This document shows, piece by piece, positions 1 through 11,399 of a stretch of 64,000 bases of DNA (position 1 is the first letter of the stretch; every line of letters starts with the position of its first letter). Origin of the DNA: Paragordius varius (taxonomy: Eukaryota; Animalia; Nematomorpha); contig OZ176051.1 in assembly GCA_964247055.1 (NCBI GenBank), positions 372,001 through 436,000 of the forward strand. The letters run 5' to 3'. A model generated the notes under the pieces. That model saw nothing but the letters and a program-made list of their open reading frames with translations, was not told where the DNA came from and did not search any database. Both the position numbers and the translations under genes were made by a program.

Positions 1-13
1 TGTAATTTTTATG

Positions 14-37
14 AATTTTTTAAATATTTAAAAAATT
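14..37. other. Perfect 24-bp palindrome AATTTTTTAAATATTTAAAAAATT, present in most monomers (first copy shown)
   Basis: Base-by-base self-complementarity from 14 to 37, centred on T25/A26. Confidence 0.97.
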
Positions 38-509
38 TATTTTATACGATTTTAAAAATAAAAATGGCTACCTAAAATCCAAATTTGATCAGGTGATGTC
101 GCCATAATTTTTTTTGGGTAGCCCTATGGTAGTTCCATCATAACCCCAAATATTTTTGAGATCGGACTTTAAATGTAATTTTTATGAATTTTATAAATAT
201 TTAAAAAATTTATTTTATACGATTTTAAAAATAAAAATGGCTACCTAAAATCCAAATTTGATCAGGTGATGTCGCCATATTTTTTTGGGTAGCCCTATGG
301 TAGTTCCATCATCACCCCAAATATTTTGGGGATCGGATTAAAAATGTAATTTTTATGAATTTTTTAAATATTTAAAAAATTTATTTTATACGATTTTAAA
401 AATAAAAATGGCTACCTAAAATCCAAATTTGATCAGGTGATGTCACCATAATTTTTTTTGGGTAGCCCTATGGTAGTTCCATCATCACCCCAAATATTTT
501 CGAGATCGG

Positions 510-3210
510 AGTATAAATGTAATTTTTATGAATTTTTTAAATATTTAAAAAATTTATTTTATAAAATTTTAAAAATAAAAATGGCTACCTAAAATCCAAA
601 TTTGATCAGGTGATGTCACCATAATTTATTTGGGTAGCCCTATGGTAGTTCCATCATCACCCCAAATATTTTGGGGATAACTATAAATGTAATTTTTATA
701 AATTTTTTAAATATTTAAAAAATTTATTTTATACGATTTTAAAAATAAAAATGGCTACCTAAAATCCAAATTTGATCAGGTGATGTCGCCATAATTTTTT
801 TTGGGTAGCCCTATAGTAGTTCAATCATCACCCCAAATATTTTTGAGATCGGAGTATAAATGTAATTTTTATGAATTTTTTAAATATTTAAAAAATTTAT
901 TTTATACGATTTTAAAAATAAAAATGGCTACCTAAAATCCAAATTTGATCAGGTGATGTCACTATAATTTTTTTGGGTAGCCCTATGGTAGTTCCATCAT
1001 CACCCCAAATATTTTGGGGATCGGACTATAAATGTAATTTTTATAAATTTTTTAAATATTTAAAAAATTTATTTTATACGATTTTAAAAATAAAAATGGC
1101 TACCTAAAATCCAAATTTGATCAGGTTACCATAATTTTTTTTGGGTAGCCCTATGGTAGTTCCATCATCACCCCAAATATTGTCGAGATCGGAGTATAAA
1201 TGTAATTTTTTTGAATTTTTTAAATATTTAAAAAATTTATTTTATACGATTTTAAAAATAAAAATGGCTACCTAAAGTCCAAATTTGATCAGGTGATGTC
1301 GCCATAATTTTTTTTGGGTAACCCTATGGTGGTTCCATCATCACCCCAAATATTTTTGAGATCGGACTTTAAATGAATGAATTTTTTAAATATTTAAAAA
1401 ATTTATTTTATACGATTTTAAAAATAAAAATGGCTACCTAAAATCCAAATTTGATCAGGTGATGTCGCCATATTTTTTTTTGGGTAGCCCTATAGTAGTT
1501 CCATCATCACCCCAAATATTTTTGAGATCGGAGTATAAATGTAATTTTTATGATTTTTTTAAATATTTAAAAAATTTATTTTATAAAATTTTAAAAATAA
1601 AAATGGCTACCTAAAATCCAAATTTGATCAGGTGATGTCACCATAATTTATTTGGGTAGCCCTATGGTAGTTCCATCATCACCCCAAATATTTTTGAGAT
1701 CGGAGTATAAATGTAATTTTTATGAATTTTTTAAATATTTAAAAAATTTATTTTATACGATTTTAAAAATAAAAATGGCTACCTAAAATCCAAATTTGAT
1801 CAAGTGATGTCACCATAATTTATTTGGGTAGCCCTATGGTAGTTCCATCATCACCCCAATTATTTTGGGGATAACTATAAATGTAATTTTTATGAATTTT
1901 TTAAATATTTAAAAAATTTATTTTATACGATTTTAAAAATAAAAATGGCTACCTAAAATCCAAATTTGATCAGGTGATGTCGCCATAATTTTTTTTGGGT
2001 AGCCCTATAGTAGTTCAATCATCACCCCAAATATTTTTGAGATCGTAGTATAAATGTAATTTTTATGAATTTTTTAAATATTTAAAAAATTTATTTTATA
2101 CGATTTTAAAAATAAAAATGGCTACCTAAAATCCAAATTTGATCAGGTGATGTCACCATAATTTATTTGGGTAGCCCTATAGTAGTTCCATCATCACCCC
2201 AAATATTTTTGAGATCGGAGTATAAATGTAATTTTTATGAATTTTTTAAATATTTAAAAAATTTATTTTATAAAATTTTAAAAATAAAAATGGCTACCTA
2301 AAATCCAAATTTGATCAGGTGATGTCACCATAATTTATTTGGGTAGCCCTATGGTAGTTCCATCATCACCCCAAATATTTTGGGGATAACTATAAATGTA
2401 ATTTTTATGAATTTTTTAAATATTTAAAAAATTTATTTTATACGATTTTAAAAATAAAAATGGCTACCTAAAATCCAAATTTGATCAGGTGATGTCGCCA
2501 TAATTTTTTTTGGGTAGCCCTATAGTAGTTCAATCATCACCCCAAATATTTTTGAGATCGGAGTATAAATGTAATTTTTATGAATTTTTTAAATATTTAA
2601 AAAATTTATTTTATACGATTTTAAAAATAAAAATGGCTACCTAAAATCCAAATTTGATCAGGTGATGTCACTATAATTTTTTTGGGTAGCCCTATGGTAG
2701 TTCCATCATCACCCCAAATATTTTGGGGATCGGACTATAAATGTAATTTTTATAAATTTTTTAAATATTTAAAAAATTTATTTTATACGATTTTAAAAAT
2801 AAAAATGGCTACCTAAAATCCAAATTTGATCAGGTTACCATAATTTTTTTTGGGTAGCCCTATGGTAGTTCCATCATCACCCCAAATATTGTCGAGATCG
2901 GAGTATAAATGTAATTTTTTTGAATTTTTTAAATATTTAAAAAATTTATTTTATACGATTTTAAAAATAAAAATGGCTACCTAAAATCCAAATTTGATCA
3001 GGTGATGTCGCTATAATTTTTTTTGGGTAACCCTATGGTGGTTCCATCATCACCCCAAATATTTTTGAGATCGGACTTTAAATGAATGAATTTTTTAAAT
3101 ATTTAAAAAATTTATTTTATACGATTTTAAAAATAAAAATGGCTACCTAAAATCCAAATTTGATCAGGTGGTGTCGCCATATTTTTTTTTGGATAGCCCT
3201 ATAGTAGTTC
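510..3210 (+). repeat. ~1-kb block (about 510-1500) duplicated at offset 1709 bp (10 monomers; about 2220-3210)
   Basis: Private deletions CAGGTTACC (1122/2831) and AAATGAATGA (1371/3080), and the TAAAATTTT variant (562/2271), all lie 1709 bp apart. Confidence 0.9.
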
Positions 3211-5850
3211 CATCATCACCCCAAATATTTTTGAGATCGGAGTATAAATGTAATTTTTATGAATTTTTTAAATATTTAAAAAATTTATTTTATACGATTT
3301 TAAAAATAAAAATGGCTACCTAAAATCCAAATTTGATCAGGTGATGTCACCATAATTTATTTGGGTAGCCCTATAGTAGTTCCATCATCACCCCAAATAT
3401 TTTTGAGATCGGAGTATAAATGTAATTTTTATGAATTTTTTAAATATTTAAAAAATTTATTTTATACGATTTTAAAAATAAAAATGGCTACCTAAAATCC
3501 AAATTTGATCAGGTGATGTCGCCATAATTTTTTTTGGGTAACCCTATAGTAGTTCCATCATCACCCCAAATATTTTTGAGATCGGAGTATAAATGTAATT
3601 TTTATAAATTTTTTAAATATTTAAAAAATTTATTTTATACGATTTTAAAAATAAAAATGGCTACCTAAAATCCAAATTTGATCAGGTGATGTCACTATAA
3701 TTTTTTTGGGTAGCCCTATGGTAGTTCCATCATCACCCCAAATATTTTGGGGATCGGACTATAAATGTAATTTTATGAATTTTTTAAATATTTTAAAAAT
3801 TTATTTTATACGATTTTAAAAATAAAAATGGTACCTAAAATCCAAATTTGATCAGGTGATGTCGCCATATTTTTTTTTGGGTAGCCCTATGGTAGTTTCA
3901 TCATCACCCCAAATACTTTGGGGATCGGACTATAAATGTAATTTTTATGAATTTTTTAAATATTTAAAAAATTTATTTTATACGATTTTAAAAATAAAAA
4001 TGGCTACCTAAAATCCAAATTTGATCAGGTGATGTCACCATAATTTTTTTTGGGTAGCCCTATGGTAGTTTCATCATCACCCCAAATACTTTGGGGATCG
4101 GACTATAAATGTAATTTTTATGAATTTTTTAAATATTTAAAAAATTTATTTTATACGATTTTAAAAATAAAAATGGCTACCTAAAATCCAAATTTGATCA
4201 GGTGATGTCACCATAATTTTTTTTGGGTAGCCCTATGGTAGTTCCATCATCACCCCAAATATTTTCGAGATCGGAGTATAAATGTAATTTTTATAAATTT
4301 TTTAAATATTTAAAAAATTTATTTTATAAGATTTTAAAAATATAAATGGCTACCTAAAATCCAAATTTGATCAGGTGATGTCACTATAATTTTTTTGGGT
4401 AGCCCTATGGTAGTTCCATCATCACCCCAAATATTTTGGGGATCGGATTATAAATGTAATTTTTATGAATTTTTTAAATATTTAAAAATTTATTTTATAC
4501 GATTTTAAAAATAAAAGGGGCTACCTAAAATCCAAATTTAATCAGGTGATGTCACCATAATTTTTTTTGGGTAGCCCTATGGTAGTTCCATCATCACCCC
4601 AAATATTGTCGAGATCGGAGTATAAATGTAATTTTTTTGAATTTTTTAAATATTTAAAAAATTTATTTTATACGATTTTAAAAATAAAAATGGCTACCTA
4701 AAATCCAAATTTGATCAGGTGATGTCGCCATAATTTTTTTTGGGTAACCCTATGGTGGTTCCATCATCACCCCAAATTTTTTTGAGATCGGACTTTAAAT
4801 GTAATTTTAATGAATTTTTTAAATATTTAAAAAATTTATTTTATACGATTTTAAAAATAAAAATGGCTACCTAAAATCCAAATTTGATCAGGTGATGTCG
4901 CCATAATTTTTTTTGGGTAGCCTTGTAGTAGTTCCATCATCACCCCAAATATTTTTGAGATCGGACTTTAAATGTAATTTTTATAAATTTTTTAAATATT
5001 TGAAAAATTTATTTTATACGATTTTAAAAATAAAAATGGCTCCCTAAAATCCAAATTTGATCAGGTGATGTCGCCATAATTTTTTTTGGGTAGCCCTATG
5101 GTAGTTCGATCATAACCCCAAATATTTTTGAGATCGGACTTTAAATGTAATTTTTATGAATTTTTTAAATATTTAAAAAATTTATTTTATACGATTTTAA
5201 AAATAAAAATGGCTACCTAAAATCCAAATTTGATCAGGTGATGTCGCCATAATTTTTTTTGGGTAGCCCTATGGTAGTTCGATCATAACCCCAAATATTT
5301 TTGAGATCGGACTTTAAATGTAATTTTTATGAATTTTTTAAATATTTAAAAAATTTATTTTATACGATTTTAAAAATAAAAATGGCTACCTAAAATCCAA
5401 ATTTGATCAGGTGATGTCGCCATAATTTTTTTTGGGTAGCCCTATGGTAGTTCGATCATAACCCCAAATATTTTTGAGATCGGACTTTAAATGTAATTTT
5501 TATGAATTTTTTAAATATTTAAAAAATTTATTTTATACGATTTTAAAAATAAAAATGGCTACCTAAAATCCAAATTTGATCAGGTGATGTCGCCATAATT
5601 TTTTTTGGGTAGCCCTATGGTAGTTCCATCATCACCCCAAATATTTTCGAGATCGGAGTATAAATGTAATTTTTATAAACTTTTCAAATATTTAAAAAAT
5701 TTATTTTATACGATTTTAAAAATAAAAATGGCTACCTAAAATCCAAATTTCATCAGGTGATGTCGCCATAATTTTTTTTGGGTAGCCCTATGGTAGTTCC
5801 ATCATAACCCCAAATATTTTTGAGATCGGACTTTAAATGTAATTTTTTTG

Positions 5851-7915
5851 AATTTTTTAAATATTTAAAAAATTTATTTTATACGATTTTAAAAATAAAA
5901 ATGGCTACCTAAAATCCAAATTTGATCAGATGATGTCACCATAATTTTTTTTGGGTAGCCCTATGGTAGTTCCATCATCACCCCAAATATTTTGGGGATC
6001 GGAGTATAAATGTAATTTTTATAAATTTTTTAAATATTTAAAAAATTTATTTTATACGATTTTAAAAATAAAAATGGCTACCTAAAATCCAAATTTGATC
6101 AGGTGATGTCACTATAATTTTTTTGGGTAGCCCTATGGTAGTTCCATCATCACCCCAAATATTTTGGGGATCGGACTATAAATGTAATTTTATGAATTTT
6201 TTAAATATTTAAAAAATTTATTTTATACGATTTTAAAAATAAAAATGGTACCTAAAATCCAAATTTGATCAGGTGATGTCGCCATATTTTTTTGGGGTAG
6301 CCCTATGGTAGTTTCATCATCACCCCAAATACTTTGGGGATCGGACTATAAATGTAATTTTTATGAATTTTTTAAATATTTAAAAAATTTATTTTATACG
6401 ATTTTAAAAATAAAAATGGCTACCTAAAATCCAAATTTGATCAGGTGATGTCACCATAATTTTTTTTGGGTAGCCCTATGGTAGTTCCATCATCACCCCA
6501 AATATTTTCGAGATCGGAGTATAAATGTAATTTTTATAAATTTTTTAAATATTTAAAAAATTTATTTTATAAGATTTTAAAAATAAAAATGGCTACCTAA
6601 AATTTAAATTTGATCAGGTGATGTCACTATAATTTTTTTGGGTAACCCTATGGTAGTTTCATCATTACCCCAAATATTTTGGGGATCGGATTATAAATGT
6701 AATTTTTATGAATTTTTTAAATATTTAAAAATTTATTTTATACGATTTTAAAAATAAAAGGGGCTACCTAAAATCCAAATTTAATCAGGTGATGTCGCCA
6801 TAATTTTTTTTGGGTAACCCTATGGTGGTTCCATCATCACCCCAAATATTTTTGAGATCGGACTTTAAATGTAATTTTTATGAATTTTTTAAATATTTAA
6901 AAAATTTATTTTATACGATTTTAAAAATAAAAATGGCTACCTAAAATCCAAATTTGATCAGATGATGTCACCATAATTTTTTTTGGGTAGCCCTATGGTA
7001 GTTCCATCATCACCCCAAATATTTTGGGGATCGGAGTATAAATGTAATTTTTATAAATTTTTTAAATATTTAAAAAATTTATTTTATACGATTTTAAAAA
7101 TAAAAATGGCTACCTAAAATCCAAATTTGATCAGGTGATGTCACTATAATTTTTTTGGGTAGCCCTATGGTAGTTCCATCATCACCCCAAATATTTTGGG
7201 GATCGGACTATAAATGTAATTTTATGAATTTTTTAAATATTTAAAAAATTTATTTTATACGATTTTAAAAATAAAAATGGTACCTAAAATCCAAATTTGA
7301 TCAGGTGATGTCGCCATATTTTTTTGGGGTAGCCCTATGGTAGTTTCATCATCACCCCAAATACTTTGGGGATCGGACTATAAATGTAATTTTTATGAAT
7401 TTTTTAAATATTTAAAAAATTTATTTTATACGATTTTAAAAATAAAAATGGCTACCTAAAATCCAAATTTGATCAGGTGATGTCACCATAATTTTTTTTG
7501 GGTAGCCCTATGGTAGTTCCATCATCACCCCAAATATTTTCGAGATCGGAGTATAAATGTAATTTTTATAAATTTTTTAAATATTTAAAAAATTTATTTT
7601 ATAAGATTTTAAAAATAAAAATGGCTACCTAAAATTTAAATTTGATCAGGTGATGTCACTATAATTTTTTTGGGTAACCCTATGGTAGTTTCATCATTAC
7701 CCCAAATATTTTGGGGATCGGATTATAAATGTAATTTTTATGAATTTTTTAAATATTTAAAAATTTATTTTATACGATTTTAAAAATAAAAGGGGCTACC
7801 TAAAATCCAAATTTAATCAGGTGATGTCGCCATAATTTTTTTTGGGTAACCCTATGGTGGTTCCATCATCACCCCAAATATTTTTGAGATCGGACTTTAA
7901 ATGTAATTTTTATGA
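5851..7915 (+). repeat. Two tandem copies of a 6-monomer higher-order unit (period 1032 bp)
   Basis: GATCAGATG (5924/6956), GGTACC (6247/7279) and AAAGGGGCTACC (6760/7792) are all offset by 1032. Confidence 0.92.
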
Positions 7916-10900
7916 ATTTTTTAAATATTTAAAAAATTTATTTTATACGATTTTAAAAATAAAAATGGCTACCTAAAATCCAAATTTGATCAGGTGATGT
8001 CGCCATAATTTTTTTTGGGTAGCCCTATGGCAGTTCCATCATCACCCCAAATACTTTGGGGATCGGACTATAAATGTAATTTTTATGAATTTTTTAAATA
8101 TTTAAAAAATTTATTTTATACGATTTTAAAAATAAAAATGGCTACCTAAAATCCAAAATTGTTCAGGTGATGTCGCCATAATTTTTTTTGAGTAGCCCTA
8201 TGGTAGTTCCATCATAACCCCAAATATTTTTGAGATCGGACTTTAAATGTAATTTTTATAAATTTTTTAAATATTTAAAAAATTTATTTTATACGATTTT
8301 AAAAATAAAAATGGCTACCTAAAATCCAAATTTGATCAGGTGATGTCGCCATAATTTTTTTTGGGTAGCCCTATGGTAGTTCCATCATCACCCCAAATAT
8401 TTTCGAGATCGGAGTATAAATGTAATTTTTATAAACTTTTCAAATATTTAAAAAATTTATTTTATACGATTTTAAAAATAAAAATGGCTACCTAAAATCC
8501 AAATTTCATCAGGTGATGTCGCCATAATTTTTTTTGGGTAGCCCTATGGTAGTTCCATCATAACCCCAAATATTTTTGAGATCGGACTTTAAATGTAATT
8601 TTTTTGAATTTTTTAAATATTTAAAAAATTTATTTTATACGATTTTAAAAATAAAAATGGCTACCTAAAATCCAAATTTGATCAGATGATGTCACCATAA
8701 TTTTTTTTGGGTAGCCCAATGGTAGTTCCATCATTACCCCAAATATTTTTGAGATCGGACTTTAAATGTAATTTTTATGAATTTTTTAAATATTTAAAAA
8801 ATTTATTTTATACGATTTTAAAAATAAAAATGGCTACCTAAAATCCAAATTTGATCAGGTGATGTCACCATAATTTTTTTTGGGTAGCCCTATGGTAGTT
8901 CCATCATCACCCCAAATATTGTCGAGATCGGAGTATAAATGTAATTTTTATGCATTTTTTAAATATTTAAAAAATTTATTTTATACGATTTTAAAAATAA
9001 AAATGGCTACCTAAAATCCAAATTTGATCAGGTGATGTCGCCATAATTTTTTTTGGGTAGCCCTATGGTAGTTCCATCATAACCGCAAATATTTTTGAGA
9101 TCGGAGTATAAATGTAATTTTTATGAATTTTTTAAATATTAAAAAATTTATTTTATACGATTTTAAAAATAAAAATGGCTACCTAAAATCCAAATTTGAT
9201 CAGGTGATGTCGCCATAATTTTTTTTGGGTAGTCCTATGGTATTTCCATCATAACCGCAAATATTTTTGAGATCGGAGTATAAATGTAATTTTTATGAAT
9301 TTTTTAAATATTAAAAAAATTATTTTATACGATTTTAAAAATAAAAATGGCTACCTAAAATCCAAATTTGATCAGGTGATGTCATTATAATTTTTTTAGG
9401 TAGCCCTATGGTAGTTCCATCATCACCCCAAATATTTTGGGGATCGGATTATAAATGTAATTTTTTTGAATTTTTTAAATATTTAAAAAATTTATTTTAT
9501 ACGATTTTAAAAATAAAAATGGCTACCTAAAATCCAAATTTGATCAGGTGATGTCGCCATAATTTTTTTTGGGTAGCCCTATAGTAGTTCCATCATCACC
9601 CCAAATATTTTTGAGATCGGAGTATAAATGTAATTTTTATGAATTTTTTAAATATTTAAAAAATTTATTTTATACGATTTTAAAAATAAAAATGGCTACC
9701 TAAAATCCAAATTGATCAGGTGATGTCACCATAATTTTTTTTGGGTAGCCCTATGGTAGTTCCATCATCACCCCAAATACTTTGGGGATCGGACTATAAA
9801 TGTAATTTTTATGAATTTTTTAAATATTTAAAAAATTTATTTTATACGATTTTAAAAATAAAAATGGCTACCTAAAATCCAAATTTGATCAGATGATGTC
9901 ACCATAATTTTTTTTGGGTAGCCCTATGGTAGTTCCATCATCACGCCAAATATTTTCGAGATCGGAGTATAAATGTAATTTTTATGAATTTTTTAAATAT
10001 TTAAAAAATTTATTTTATACTATTTTAAAAATAAAAATGGCTACCTAAAATCCAAATTTGATCAGGTGATGTCACCATATTTTTTTTTGGGTAGCCCTAT
10101 GGTAGTTCCATCATAACCCCAAATATTTTTGAGATCGGACTTTAAATGTAATTTTTATGAATTTTTTAAATATTTAAAAAATTTATTTTATACGATTTTA
10201 AAAATAAAAATGGCTACCTAAAATCCAAATTTGATCAGGTAATGTCACCATAATTTTTTTTGGGTAGCCCTATGGTAGTTCCATCATCACCCCAAATATT
10301 GTCGAGATCGGAGTATAAATGTAATTTTTTTGAATTTTTTAAATATTTAAAAAATTTATTTTATACGATTTTAAAAATAAAAATGGCTACCTAAAATCCA
10401 AATTTGATCAGGTGATGTCGCCATAATTTTTTTTGGGTAGCCCTATGGTAGTTCCATCATAACCGCAAATATTTTTGAGATCGGAGTATAAATGTAATTT
10501 TTATGAATTTTTTAAATATTAAAAAATTTATTTTATACGATTTTAAAAATAAAAATGGCTACCTAAAATCCAAATTTTATCAGGTGATGTCATTATAATT
10601 TTTTTAGGTAGCCCTATGGTATTTCCATCATCACCCCAAATATTTTGGGATGAATTTTTTAAATATTTAAAAAATTTATTTTATACGATTTTAAAAATAA
10701 AAATGGCTACCTAAAATCCAAATTTGATCAGGTGATGTCGCCATAATTTTTTTTGGGTAGTCCTATACTAGTTCCATCATCACCCCAAATATTTTTGAGA
10801 TCGGAGTATAAATGCAATTTTTATGAATTTTTTAAATATTTAAAAAATTTATTTTATACGATTTTAAAAATAAAAATGGCTACCTAAAATCCAAATTTGA

Positions 10901-11399
10901 TCAGGTGATGTCACCATAATTTTTTTGGGGTAGCCCTATGGTAGTTCCATCATAACCCCAAATATTTTTGAGATCGGACTTTAAATGTAATTTTTATGAA
11001 TTTTTTAAATATTTAAAAAATTTATTTTATACGATTTTAAAAATAAAAATGGCTACCTAAAATCCAAATTTGATCAGGTGATGTCACCATAATTTTTTTT
11101 GGGTAGCCCTATGGTAGTTCCATCATCACCCCAAATATTGTCGAGATCGGAGTATAAATGTAATTTTTTTGAATTTTTTAAATATTTAAAAAATTTATTT
11201 TATACGATTTTAAAAATAAAAATGGCTACCTAAAATCCAAATTTGATCAGGTGTGTCGCCATAATTTTTTTTGGGTAACCCTATGGTGGTTCCATCATCA
11301 CCCCAAATATTTTTGAGATCGGAGTATAAATGTAATTTTTATGAATTTTTTAAATATTAAAAAATTTATTTTATACGATTTTAAAAATAAAAATGGCTA

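Noticed and set aside
60-75. AAAAATGG Kozak-like start with micro-ORF ATG GCT ACC TAA in each monomer
   Set aside because: It is only three codons, and such context is expected in A-rich sequence; nothing supports translation.
1-173. Primate alpha satellite (171 bp), Arabidopsis CEN178/180 or Drosophila 1.688 satellite
   Set aside because: Only the length is similar (for the first two). I see no CENP-B box and no recognisable similarity to those consensus sequences as I recall them, so the family is left unassigned pending a database search.
286-331. G-quadruplex or i-motif from GGG/GGGG and CCCC runs
   Set aside because: There are at most two runs of three or more G per monomer, about 40 bp apart, which is insufficient for a canonical intramolecular G4.
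511-585. TATAAA and AATAAA motifs in most monomers (TATA box / poly(A) signal)
   Set aside because: Both are expected by chance at ~75% AT, common alleles remove each of them, and there is no associated gene.
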